The position numbers were made by a program, and so were the translations under genes. A stretch of 62,527 nucleotides of DNA, filler included, from Sphacelaria rigidula (lineage: Eukaryota): NCBI GenBank assembly GCA_964200075.2. It is 5 parts of 5 records of this genome, joined end to end, with 100 filler letters (N's around TTAATTAATTAA, not from the genome) between each part and the next. Parts side by side here need not be neighbours in the genome. Positions count along the whole stretch, not along the records: positions 37,579 to 50,003 come from CAXNAA020003788.1; 4 more parts are not named here. One strand, given 5' to 3'. Below, one piece after another: positions 37,676 through 50,003 of the stretch. The notes beneath the pieces are model-generated. The model saw only the letters and a program-made list of their open reading frames with translations, was not told the DNA's origin and did not search any database. Positions within the stretch are counted from its first letter, which is position 1. Each line of letters opens with the position of its first letter.

Positions 37676-39627
37676 TAATGAGATAAGGACGTGCGTGTTG
37701 GGGGCCCTTTATCTCATCCGAAACACGACTTCTGAAATATGTGAGAGCACGCCAGGATTTACCTCTCCAATCTGCTAGGGATACCCCGAATGGATTTGCA
37801 AACGGGGATGCCCTGACCCATATTCTCGTGTATCTAGAACCGTTAGGAGCCCTGAACCAGACACGAATTCGCGCAAAAACTGCACCCCTACCGTAGCATC
37901 GTTCGTACGTCAAATTCGCTTATTCACCTGTGTCCTCACTGTTATCAACGACGACACTCGGATGCTTGACATGCTCGGAAAAACGGTATTCGAATTCGAA
38001 TCCTCCACTCCGCTTCCTACAAAGCCAGTCAAACCACCTTGACGCTATAGCCTCGCGACACTCTCTCAACTCCAGAACAAGTGTATCGACAAACACAGAG
38101 CAGATATGACCGACAGTTCAATACAACGCTTCAGGTAGTGGTTCGCCGGAGCGCTATTATGGCACACATCTGAGTGGTGCTACGGTAGGGGAGCACAAAA
38201 ATAGTAGGAGGAGGGTCCAATTGTCGGGAACCCTCCATCTCATCCGAAAGCAACATATGAAATGTTCGAGCATGCGACAATCGGCATCTCCAATAGGTTA
38301 GAAGGATGCCCAGATTGAACTTGAAAACGTGAAGTCCTGGCCGATGTTCTTGTGCAGCTCCTAACTTGAGGCACTCCTGTATAAGGAAGATCTGGGCCCT
38401 AATGTGAAGCCGCTACCGTAGCAGCATGGCTCGTCATCTCGAGCACAAGAAAAATTGTATTCTCTGCGATTTAGCACATGCGGCATGCCGAACTCGCTGT
38501 TTTCGTTGCTCAAAGTTTCCCCGTCAAGCTTAACCACAATGTGTGGCGAAATGAAGGATGGGATCAGAGTGAGGATCTCAATTGTGTATATGGTCGCGAA
38601 CATTTCTGGTGGGTCTAAAGGACTGTTGTCGTGCTAGGTTATAGTCAATCACGTCTGCACGTGGCGTAGCTAGTATGCAGTGTACATGACAGCAGCAAGC
38701 TGATTGCTACAGGCTCGAAGCTAGCAGATAAACAGAGCAGAAAGCAGAGGACAGACCCTAGATTCAGCTATTTATGTCTATTGTTAAGTTGATGATGCTC
38801 ATAGATTGTGGTGGCTGGTGCAAAACCCGGTAATTCCGCAATCCGATTTGTGTATATATCCCCAAAGTGTCGCTGTTCCCGCACATACAGCCTGGAGCCT
38901 ATTTTCAGCACTGCTCCGGTATAAGTCCACGGGGACGATGAAATAGGCGTGGTGCCACGATAGGGGTGCACAAGTAAGTTTTGAAATTAGATGGATTAGG
39001 CGCCCCGTATCTCGTCCAAAATTGACCTATTAAGTTTGTGAGAGTAAACCAGGGGCGGGGGTTCCGAGCCAAAGCAAGATTTTGTTCTGCAGGGGGCGGT
39101 CGGTTTTATAACATCCGCTCCTCAACCTCTGGATTTGTTTGCATGATCTGATGCCTTTGAGATCATGTTTTTTCAAAGGTCGGGGGAAATACCAGCATGC
39201 GGTGCCCGGGTTCAACGCGTTTTGTATCTGCCGGTGGGCAAACTTCAGGGAAACGCAACATGCGGGGATAGACACAAAATCCCCGCTTTGCGAAAGTGCT
39301 CAGATTGACCGGAAAATTTCAGTGTGTGGGATTTGGACGGTGAGGATCACGAATCTGGTGTCAGGGTTTTCGAACTTGACAATGGGGCGGAGTTATAGTG
39401 TGCGTGCACTCGCCGGCCTGGTCGGACGGTTCAGCCCCGGCACCATTCTTGATGTGTGCTCTCCGGAACCCAATTTTTGTCACACGAATATCCTGAGTGG
39501 CTCTACTCCGACCGAGCGGAGTCGATTGCCGCTGACAAGAGGAGGCCAAATGTTCAGAAAATACAGCGAGAAAACAAAGTCCACCCAAACCGATATTTGT
39601 TTGGTTCTATTTTGCTACCACCTCTAA

Positions 39628-40093
39628 GGCTACTTCTTATGTATCCAACAATAAATCTTGTTGAAAAGTGCATTTTTGACCCTTCGTCATTGTTTTTCGC
39701 CCGAAAAGGGGGCCAGGGGGATGTTGAAACCTCGGAATGACTTGCTGTGCTCGTTGAGACCGTTCCAGAGCGCCGTCGCGTTTTCCGTAGGTCACGGTTT
39801 GTTTTTGACCAAACTTGCATTTTCAATAACAAACGGTCAAGTTATCAGAAAACAGGGGGGAAAATGCCATTTTTTTATAACTTGACCGTTCGTGTTTGAA
39901 AATACAAGTTTGGACAAAAACTAAACTATGACGTGCGGGAAACGCTAAGGTGCTCTGGAACGGTCTCGACGAGCACAGCAAGTCAGTCCAAGATGTCAAC
40001 ATCCCCCTGGCCCTCTTTTCAGGGGGAAAACGATGAAGAAGGGTCATAACTGCACTTTCCAACAAGATTTTTTTCGATACATGAGAAGTAGCC
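39628..40093. mobile_element. Foldback MITE, PIF/Harbinger-like
   Basis: Imperfect inverted arms of about 220 bp starting GGCTACTTCT.ATGTATC, flanked by TAA/TGA. Confidence 0.8.
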
Positions 40094-40817
40094 TGAACGT
40101 CGTTTCAGAGGGAGCAAAAAAAAACAGTCTTGTTTTTCTTCTGGGGTCACACGAACAATCTTGCTTCTCTCCCCATCACGATCACTATTGCAATGTGGTG
40201 GAGATATCCCGAATGGATTTGCAAACGAGGGTATCCTGACCCATATTCTTGGGCATCTAGAATGATAGGAGCCCATTAACCGGACGAGATTCCGCGCAAA
40301 AAGTAACCCCCACTATAGCATTGATCATGGCTATATTGTTCGTACATAAATGTGAAACACCACTGCTCGTACGTACGCTGTGGATCGGGATACACATGCA
40401 GGTGGGAGATGAACGACGGTGACAAGTCGAAGGCCAATCTCTGTCCCCGTGCCTTCATCGTACTGCTCTAGACTTGCACCTCGAAAATCGTACTGCATCC
40501 AGAGACAGCTGGACATAATTGCTTCACAAGTTGTACGTCGAAAGCACTGTCACGGTTCATTCGATGGCCGACTTCCACAGTGCATCTAGCAATAAACATG
40601 GCGAATACACCTGTCGAAAACAAGGGTCCACGACACCCTGCTGGAACATGGCATCGGGGTATCAGGATCCCACAGCCTAACGAGCTCTCTCGCATCGAGA
40701 GGGCAAACCAATCCGTACCAGCCACTTTCCGTTTTGATGGGACGGGTCGTGCAAGCTGACGTCCAGCATACTCCCCGCGTAAGTAAACAATATCACTACA
40801 AGGAACAGTATAATCCA

Positions 40818-42725
40818 TCATCTGTCAGACGCCTCTCCTAGCTCCAACTTCACGCTTGAACTCTCCAACGTCTCGACTGATTCCACACCAACAAACCCGC
40901 CAAGAGACCCACATGCAACCGCCGGCGAACCGTACAGGCGTCCCGCACTCACATGAAAACTGCTGCCGCTGGAGCTACTCTTACCACCTTCACTGCTGCA
41001 ACCCCTTAAAGGGGCAGTATGCTCACTACACCCTCCCCTTCCAGCGCCACTGTGTGTAGGAGAAGGAGCTGCCACCTCTACCTTCATTTCTGTTCCTACC
41101 CTTTGCACGGACGCCACACGATCAGCCCTTGAGGGTAGCTGGCCCGAAAGCAACAGTGGTAGTATACGACTACGCGTGGCAACAGGAGCCACACTACGTC
41201 GAGCATCAATAACGTTGCCTGTAGAGGAACTCGAGCATGGTGCGCGCTTGCGTTTTGTTCTTCGCACGCAAGCAACGCTTCCTCCACCACCCTCGATTGT
41301 GTTACCGGTGAAGGTGACCTCCCGAGTGCTCACGTCTTCCATGCCGTGCACTGTCGCTGCTTCATGCGCAGTGGGATGCTGTCGGCACAACAGTGCCTCA
41401 TCGAGGTGGTCGTTATTGAGAATATCCAATTTCGAACGCCCTTTTTTGCTCGACGTTAAGCTCATCACATCCACCATTCCCGCCCCGGCATGCTGAGAGC
41501 AGAACTCCGCCTTCTTGCTTCCCGCTACACCACGCGACGCCCCTTTGGAGCAGCCCTCGTCGCCGCATTTCTTCTTCACCACATCCACCATTCCCGCCCT
41601 GGCATGCTTGGAGCAGCGGTCCCTCTGCTTGCTTCCCGCTACACCACATGATGGATACTTGGGGCAGCCCTCGTCACTACATTTCTTTGACACAACATCC
41701 ACCATTCCCGCCCTCGCATGCTTAGAGCAGAACTCCGCCTTCTTGCTTCTCGCTACACCAAACGATGGACGATTGAGGCATCCCTCCTCGATGCACCTCT
41801 TCTTCGTCACATTCACCATTCCCGCCTCGGCATGCTGAGAGCAGAACTCCGCCTTCTTGCTTTTCGCTACACCAAACGATGGACGATTGAGGCATCCCTC
41901 CTCGCCGCACCTCTTCTTCGTCACATTCACCATTCCCGCCTCGGCATGCTGAGAGCAGAACTCCGCCTTCTTGCTCCCTGCTACACCATACGACGGCAGT
42001 TTGGAGCAGGCCTTGTCGCCGCACCTCTTCTTCATCACATTCACCATTCCCGCCTTGGCATGCGGAGAGCAGAACTCCGCCTTCTTGCTTCCTGCTACAC
42101 CATACGACGGCGCCCTGTAGCAGCCCTTGCCGCCGCATCTCTTCTTTACCACATTCACCATTCCCGCCCTGACATGCTGAGAGCAGAACTCCGCCTTCTT
42201 GCTTCCCGCTACACCATACGACGGCCCTTTGGAGCAGCTCTCGTCGCCGCATCTCTTCTTTACATCCACCATTCCCGCCTTGGCATGCTTCATGCAGAAG
42301 TCCCTCTGCTTGCTTCCCGCCACACCATACGACGGCGCCCTGGAGCAGCCCTCGTAGCCGCATTTCTTTGACACAACATCCACCATTCCCACCTTGGCAT
42401 GCTCGAAGCAGAACTCCGCCTTCTTGCTTCCCTCTATACCATACGACGGCATTTTGGAGCAGCTCTCGTCGCCGCATCTCTTTGATTTCACGTTTACCAT
42501 CCCCGCCCTCGCATGCTTGGAGCAGAAGTCCCTCTGCTTGCTTCCCGCTACACCATATGATGGATACTTGGGACAGCCCTCGTCACCACATTTCTTCCCC
42601 ATCACATTCACCATTCCCGACCTGGCATGCTTGGAGCAGAACTCCGCCTTGTAGCCCGGTACACCACACGATGGCCGCTTCGAGCAGCCCTCGTTGATGC
42701 ACTCCCTTTTTATCACGCTGGCCAT
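40818..42725 (-). CDS. EsV-1-7 cysteine-rich repeat protein (11 tandem C-x4-C-x16-C-x2-H repeats of about 38 aa, plus a Ser/Gly-rich tail)
   Basis: Intact frame (ORF 40818-42863); first ATG at 42725 (MASVIKREC). Repeat consensus KKCGDEGCxxxPSYGVAGSKKAEFCSQHAKAGMVNV (114-bp DNA unit). Acceptor-like sites upstream mean a 5' exon is possible. Confidence 0.9.
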   Translation of the reverse strand: MASVIKRECINEGCSKRPSCGVPGYKAEFCSKHARSGMVNVMGKKCGDEGCPKYPSYGVAGSKQRDFCSKHARAGMVNVKSKRCGDESCSKMPSYGIEGSKKAEFCFEHAKVGMVDVVSKKCGYEGCSRAPSYGVAGSKQRDFCMKHAKAGMVDVKKRCGDESCSKGPSYGVAGSKKAEFCSQHVRAGMVNVVKKRCGGKGCYRAPSYGVAGSKKAEFCSPHAKAGMVNVMKKRCGDKACSKLPSYGVAGSKKAEFCSQHAEAGMVNVTKKRCGEEGCLNRPSFGVAKSKKAEFCSQHAEAGMVNVTKKRCIEEGCLNRPSFGVARSKKAEFCSKHARAGMVDVVSKKCSDEGCPKYPSCGVAGSKQRDRCSKHARAGMVDVVKKKCGDEGCSKGASRGVAGSKKAEFCSQHAGAGMVDVMSLTSSKKGRSKLDILNNDHLDEALLCRQHPTAHEAATVHGMEDVSTREVTFTGNTIEGGGGSVACVRRTKRKRAPCSSSSTGNVIDARRSVAPVATRSRILPLLLSGQLPSRADRVASVQRVGTEMKVEVAAPSPTHSGAGRGGCSEHTAPLRGCSSEGGKSSSSGSSFHVSAGRLYGSPAVACGSLGGFVGVESVETLESSSVKLELGEASDR

Positions 42726-43860
42726 CAGCTCTGTCGCGTGGTGTTTCTGATGAGAAAAAACATTTCGCGGCAGCACAAGTGGTAAAACACCCGAGGGGTT
42801 TGCTGTCAGCTGCAGGAGAAAGCGAGTTGAAAAAAAAACGATCTCGTTGCACACCAACGGCAAGAACAGGAGCCACCTGCACTCACCGAAATGACACTTT
42901 ACATCAACTGATCGCCACTACTACGACTCTAGTGTCCAAGGTAATTCAAGCGAATGGAACTTCCTCACCAATACGGCAGTATGAATCTGAGGTATGTATA
43001 GAATTGAAAGGATACAAGAGGGAAATGAAAGCAGACTAGCTTGAGCGCATAATACCAAGTCGTGACTCACCGGACATGATACATGCCGTTTTACACAATT
43101 TAGGGCTTGCAGATCATCTGTAACCGTTTTGGGAAGTTGCTCTACACTGGCAGAACACTTGACAACGTTGGACGAGAGCATATATAGCAACAAAGTTAGG
43201 GGGAATCGTCCTGACCTCGAAGATGCCTGACCACGTTCCGACCTACTGGCCTGGTTTGATCCTGTTCTAGTTCACTGCTACAAAATGTAAATAAAAGAGG
43301 GATGTCTCTTGTTCGCAACAGCGGTGCAGGCGACTGTCGAAAGCAAATTATGTCAACTTTGATACCGAACTTGGTATGTGCAAACGCGCGAAAAAGTGTA
43401 CATATATGTCGAATCGCTATACACGCGCACATATGCTCCCATGATCTGTTTTGTCATATCGGGCACCGTCGGAACCAACTGTAATGTTTTGTTCTACTTT
43501 CCACTTCAACCGCAGGTGAGTTCATATGTCGGGTTACCTGATGTTTGATTTAGTCACTTCCACGTCATAAATTTCGGCTCGTATCGGGTCTACATGGTGT
43601 TCATGGTGGTACATGCTTGTTGTCGCCAGAGTCAGAGTGTCATGTCAGGAAAGCGCCGGAAGCTGGGCGGGCCGCGAAACTTTCGGGAGATAAAACAAGG
43701 CTTCTAGTACGGTGCATTGCACATTTGTTGGATGAGTATATCACGACTCCACGCGATTCGTGCAAACATTCTAGACGACGCCAACATGACGATAATCGTC
43801 GCCGTGAAGATCCTTCCCTTTGTAGTCCTTGTCGACACCGGCAGACGCCTGACAACTTCA

Positions 43861-44480
43861 ACAAGTGGGGGATGGATGTTTTTAGGGGGATGGACAAGGT
43901 CAAAAGTTGGAACGGAAAGTGCAAAACGTTCGTTTGGAAATATTGTTTGTTCGCTTGTCGGATCGTCGCCCGAGGTTTCGGAGGGCGTTTAGCGGCGCGA
44001 GCCAATGCCGGGCCGCGGAGCAGTCACCATCGTGGGTGTTGACTGTACGATATGAAGAGCCTGAGGCCACGTCGAGGTAGTCCATTAAAAGTGTTTGTGG
44101 GAGGACATCGTATGTACTTGCGATCCGATCGGATCGTACAAATGCTAAATGTCCGTTGCATCCGTGTAACAATTGCTTTCAATGGTGAATGAAGACTATT
44201 TTCTAGAATCATTGTTTTTGAGGGTAACTCACCGTTGGATCTGCTTGGGATGTTGTGGGGCCCATGAGAACTACTGGAGGTTATGAAATCACGTATGTAC
44301 ATAAAAACAACATGAAATTAGACCACGTTCGATGTTCGGACTAATTGAAACCAAACGTGCAACTACTGATCCGCGTACAGTACATGGCGGTCCGTACGGA
44401 TACCCCGAAATAGTTTTCACAATTTTCGGTCCAACTTCTGACCTTGTCTATCCCAAAAACAAACTCAATCCCCCACTTGA
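43861..44480. mobile_element. Degenerate TIR element (about 75-bp inverted arms)
   Basis: CAAGTGGGGGATGGATG...GACAAGGTCAAAAGTTGGAACGGAAA versus its reverse complement at 44403-44480. TSD unresolved. Confidence 0.6.
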
Positions 44481-47400
44481 AAAATCCCGTCTTCAAGGGT
44501 GAAACATTCGAAACGCACGGATTTTTTACCAAACGTTAGGAAAACGTCTTCTACACTACCAGAATATCACCGTTGTTGGACAATGGACATACCTTTCAGC
44601 CTGATGGGTGTCATCCTGCCTTTGTCAAACACACATCCTAACCCTAACCCTAACCCTAAGCTCCCAGGAGGTACCGAATCACTTCGCCTTTCTCAGAATT
44701 TTTGAAATTGCTGTGCTTTGTCTTGTACCGCACTCCCAGCAGTAGGCATGATGTCTCATCACACGATGGGAAGGCTTTCATCCGGAGCCTCAAAAAGAGG
44801 GTGGTGATTTCGAGCTACTTCTGATGGGGTAGGAGAACCTTGTTTAGAGGGAAATATGAAAAAGACCGGCTCTCGTCCCGTTCTGCAAGAACGCGGAGGA
44901 ACCACAAGAAAAACAGTTCACGAAAACTCATCCTGGACCCGATCCAGACCGCATGTTGTCCTTACTTTGCTTATATTTGCGATCAGAGTGAGTACATGTT
45001 TACCGTAGGGTTAGGCAACCAGGGGCTGATCACGAGTCATCCCTGCCACTTTTGAATATTTTTGTCTTCTTCCATTATCTGGTTATATACAAAAGTTTCA
45101 TCCGATATCCCACGTTGCCTACATGACCTCCTTTGGAACATATAGTACAAACCTTGCTGATATCACGAATTCCCTCACCTTGCCTAAATTCGCGATCAGA
45201 GGAAAATATGTTTCTACCTGCATCAAACGCATGATCTCTATAATGGACACGCATTTCGCGTATGCCGCGAAAGTGAGTGCTACATAAACGGGTATGCTAC
45301 GTTAGTTGGGCCCGAATTTCTGAAGAAAACATATGTGGTACATATGTGCGGCACATACGCTCTCAAGTGAGGAGATGTTTTGTCTTCTGTTATGCCTAAC
45401 GCGTGGAGTACTGTGGTGGTGCTCGTTCGAGGTCAACTGTAAATGTTTGGTGCAAGTTGACGAAGAAAGTGTCTAAGCGGATGGGAAAACCCGCACTTTC
45501 TTCACTGTTACTGTGACATCTGGTTCTATTCCATATTTCTGTGAGATGTCGCACTTGTCTTCTGCATCATCTTAGTCAAACGAGCATCCCATTAGCCTTC
45601 AAAGACCCTTCACGTGTGCGCCAAGCATGCCATACGCAAAGGTGGACATGGAATCGACCAGCAGTGCGCCTGCGCACGCTTGTCAACGGTATGGTCCTCC
45701 CGTGAAAAAATCGCAAATCCGGACTCGTGGTCAAGCAAAACACAACAGTCCAACCTCCATTTCGTTCATATGTGCTCCGGAGCAGCTGTGTCTGTAAGGC
45801 CAAAAAATGCTCACTAGCAACACGACCGGCAAACGGTGTTTCAGGGCCTTAATAGAATGGGGGAACGGTGGTACGCATACTCTCGGAACAACAGGTAGCG
45901 TGCACTTTAAACGGTACTTCGATCAAACACGGTCATTTGCATAGACGCTTGCCGACGCTTTTCTGCGTGTGCTAACCTGTGTACTGTGCTGCTCCATCGC
46001 CAACAACACAACGCTCTGTTTAGTCTGGGCACATCCACTTGAGCGAATTTTGAGTTTGCTCCGTGAGACATTGAGATGCATTGAAAAAATGAATCCATGT
46101 GGCGCGCATGACAAGCTCTCACGTGACCATCCCTCAGCCGGGCACAGGCCTTGGGTAGCCATCTGTGAACCGGACGGCAAAAGTGAAGATTCCACGGGAC
46201 CATCGTTGCACCACTCTAGGAACGTAAACGCGTTAGAGAGAGAGATACGCATGAAATGCTGGCAATCGGAGAACCTGTCCATCACATTTTCGTTTTTGCC
46301 ATGTGCCTGGCAATGGCACATACAGTAAACAAGGTTTGAGTGTGGAAACCTCAAACCCTCATGTGTGATGTGCCCCCATCACGAAGGCCGGGTCAATGCA
46401 CCACTACAATCACATGTACCGTGTACGTCCTTCGCGTGCCGATAAAGCACAGCATGCTTCCAAACGTCTGGAAATATATGTCCAGTCCTACTTGGTGTCT
46501 ATCGATGACTGCGTTCAAGAACCACGGCTGCATGGCGACTGCGTGCGGTTAGACGGGAGACCAACGAAGCCCACATAGCACAGCAGTGACGACAGTCCAG
46601 AGAAGAGGGGGTTGGGGAATTGACCCCCCCCCAATGAGGGGTGTCGTTGTGTCATGCAGTGCTTGTCTTGATACATCTGGTACGCTTGTACGTATGGCTG
46701 TCCCTCGAGCGGCCGAAAGATGGAACGTTGCTTAGTTCTTTGGTTGGCGGTATTTGGGGCCTTGAGTCTCGCCCGTAGTCGGACCCTGTGTTTATATCTA
46801 CTTCGCGTCGCGCGTCGAGTTGGAAAGCCGCGCGCCACCCCCTGAAGTCCGAATGGACACCTGCGGCCCGGATCGTCTGAGGTTAGCCATATGTAATCTC
46901 TTCATTCTCTATTATTAATCCCTGCTCTTTGCTTGTATCGCGTTTTGTGAGTTTTAACCTGGGTCTATTTTGATTTTTTGTTTTTTTTGCTAGCCCGTGA
47001 CCACGGAAGGCGTCCGCATCAGATGCCGAGTACGAATGTATCGCGCGGATGTCGGAGCGGTTTTTATTGTGAAGACAACAACAATCCGAGTCTGGGGTGG
47101 GTGGAGTGCCGGTGGGTGAGTACGCTCCCGAACACATGCTAAATACAACGCGCGCTTCCAAGTGCGCATTTATCACTACAACTATCACTGTCAAACAGAG
47201 AGCACAGCGAAACCTGTCGGTGGCGACTCGCTTGCACCATGTGAACAGGAGATCATTACAAACCCACATTGAAGAAAAAAACATGTTATTGGTGGTTGGC
47301 CAGGACTGGTGAATTTGAACAGCCGTACAGGCCAGGTCAAGGTCAACACGCCAATTTCACTCATTAGCAGATCCCTGTGGCAGCTCTCATCGAAAAATTG

Positions 47401-47563
47401 CATACATGGCATCATACTGCCCATGGACAAATGAATAAAGTGACATAGCCGGAGTTTTGTTCAAGGCCGTAGCGGTGGCGCTAGGGGGCGGAAATGTGCC
47501 TCGACCAATCAGCGGTATCCAAATTGCTTTCAAATCAAATATATGACTTTCTAACGCGCCCTC

Positions 47564-47760
47564 GCGCCCTTGTGGCGCAATGTTCCGACTGTGACCGCTA
47601 GAGTGGAGATACCATGGGTTCGATTCCCGATGCATCGGGTCTTTTCTCCCATGTATCTGATTTCCGCCGTCGAAAGCGTGGGTACGTGAGTAAGCAAAAA
47701 GCAGTTGACGGAGTTGATTTGACGTCAGTTGACGCGGTGCGGGAGTGCTGAACCAATCCG
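47564..47760 (+). mobile_element. tRNA-related SINE (family B); related head at 49900-49975 and a diverged minus copy at about 2440-2600
   Basis: Box A TGGCGCAATG/TGGTGTAATGG, box B GGTTCGATTCCCGATGC, and a shared downstream body. Confidence 0.55.
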
Positions 47761-48458
47761 CGAGTCCACAATGCAAGGCGTGTACGAGGAAGAAATGGGT
47801 TGATCTCTTGAAGCCACAGGCTCATTCCAAGCAAGGGGCGCGGGGGGAGGGGTTCGGTGTGCGACATGTAACACAACTACTACATAAATGAAACCCAATT
47901 TGTATTAACTCTTCGCGTGCTTAAGTTCGTAGCATCCACCATCAGCTTCGAAATCTACCGGGAAAAAAACACGTTCGGAAACAGTTACTATCGGATCGAA
48001 TACCCAAACCCGTCGAATCCCTGTGACGTGGGTTTATAGCGTCGTCGGATTTCTACTGATGAGACGCCTGCGGATGCTTTCGCTGACATGTGTCGAAAGA
48101 ATGCTCTGATTACCCTCAAACTTAGCAGTTCGTTGGGTATTGATGCCCCACAAGGGAAAGAAAGAGATTGTCGACAAACTTTCGAAGTTGCTCCGCTCTT
48201 ACTGGCTTCTGTGAGTTCAGGTGTCGAGACACCCGAAAGCCGGCATAGAATGCCTCCAAGCAAGAACAATATGTACTCGTCCGGGGCTAGTCAAATTACT
48301 CATTGTACAAGTTCGTTTCGAAACTCGATAAACTGACTATAGGCTCCCCTTTTCACGTCGAAAAAGTCATTATATGCTCAAATTAATCAAGCTAGGGAGA
48401 CGTATCGGGCGTGGGACACTTCAGCAAACATTTCCCCAAATATTCACACAGGGGTTTA

Positions 48459-48701
48459 GACTAGGACTTTGAAAATCGCACACATGTACTTCACGTCACC
48501 ACGACTTTCTCACGACGAACTTCTCCGATTTTTGTATTTGCCTGTTATCGGGGGTCCCAGAACGTCACGCGATCGCCCCACATCCCCCATAATCCTAGGA
48601 CCCCCGGAAACCGGCGAAGTGAAGGAGATCGAAAAACCCCATCGACGGAAAGCTACGTGGTGATTCGAGGTCCACATGTACGAATTTTCAGAATCCAAGT
48701 C
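48459..48701. mobile_element. Palindromic MITE flanked by TA
   Basis: GACTAGGACTTTGAAAATCG.ACACATG / CATGTACGAATTTTCAGAATCCAAGTC, with arms extending nearly to the centre. Confidence 0.7.
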
Positions 48702-50003
48702 TAGACCGTGCGGGAAGTTTTCACACGTGGGGCGAGTCATTACTCGTCGAAACGAGTGCACTCTTTGATGTTTAAAAAACACAACGAGCACGACTCAAGT
48801 GCTCGCCCTATTGCTGTTTCCCACAACGAGCAATGACTCGAGTGCTCGAGGGCCTGTAAAACGGTCAACGAGCAGCCTAACGAATGCGAGTGCCACGATT
48901 CATACTCGTGCTCGTCCGATGTGTGGAAGGTCTGAGGATGGGTGCAGCTGCGATGGTTCCCGTGAACCAATTTTTTTCTAGAAACGAGTTGTTTGGCCAA
49001 AACGGGTGAACGTCAACGACTGTATAACTGTGTGATCTTGTGGCCTATACCCTCAAGAGCGACACTACGAAGAGTATTCATTTCAGGCCGACATGATTAA
49101 TGGCACCAACCGGTACTTTTCAGAAACATTGCGGCTTGAGGATACTGATCCGAAACAAGGATTGTTGTTGTGACACGTGGGGCAGTGTTCCGAGCCCATG
49201 AGATCCATACAAGGTCGAACGCATTGGACCGTAGTATATGCCATCTCTTTTTTCCGAACAAGAAGGCAAAAATCAATATACTCATGAGACTGTCGTTGTT
49301 CATCCACCATGTGGAGTGACGAGCCACCACACATAACCCGTATCAAACAAATACTTTCCTCAACGGCTTTTCATCGCAGACGTGACCATCTGTGGATTCT
49401 CCTATTAACCCCTTTGGGACCGGGCCTCCAGATCGACCAGTGAGGCTGGTTAGGAATGACGTGTTTGGCGTCTGCATGAAACAGTGCCTTCATGTTGCTC
49501 AAAATCCACGTATGTAACCGCAGGGTTGGGAGGAACACCGAAAGGTTCATCAAATCTATTTTCAGATGCAGATACAAACTGTAGTTCGGGTGGGGTGCGC
49601 ATTAGGTAATGTACATCTGATGTAACAAGCAGTATGGGTCGTCGTAGAGCTTTCAACAGGATGCGGCAACCGGCGGGCCGCCCGCCATTTGTGGCTTTGG
49701 AAAATATTATTATCGTCCCCATCACCTTGCCACACAGCCCTTTGTGGTCGGGGTGGGCCGCGATTTCCCTCTTTCTTGAAAGCGGCAAATTCTCTTGGAA
49801 GGCTGTTGGTGTTGCGGCGCATATACGTGCAGTACAGTACAGTGCGGTACGCCTCTCCGATTGCAGCAGTAGCTGCCGCTGCATACTACCGTACACGTTC
49901 GCGCCCCGGTGGTGTAATGGTCCGACGGTCGCCATTAGGGTGGAGAGAACGGGGGTTCGATTCCCGATGCGTTGACGTTTTTTCTTCGTAATGCATGATT
50001 TCC

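Larger units (their letters stand above)
46020..49330 (-). pseudogene. Possible decayed, spliced KDZ/CxC-type transposase fragments
   Basis: Ordered fragments in shifting frames: FDLVWI..HCPTCHNNNP (about 49160-49220), FICPW...ESCHRDLLMS...DLAC (about 47320-47450), LPAFHAY (46245-46265), NASQCLTEQTQNSLKWM (about 46030-46085). Confidence 0.25.

Noticed and set aside
41413-42697. Overlapping repetitive ORFs in other frames and strands
   Set aside because: Shadows of the 114-bp coding repeat.
40818-42863. Endogenous phaeovirus insertion
   Set aside because: No NCLDV core genes or gene-dense viral context. EsV-1-7 repeats are also a host gene family.
44637-44659. Telomere (CCCTAA)x3-4; similar short tract at about 5232-5255
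   Set aside because: Very short and interstitial; not a chromosome end.
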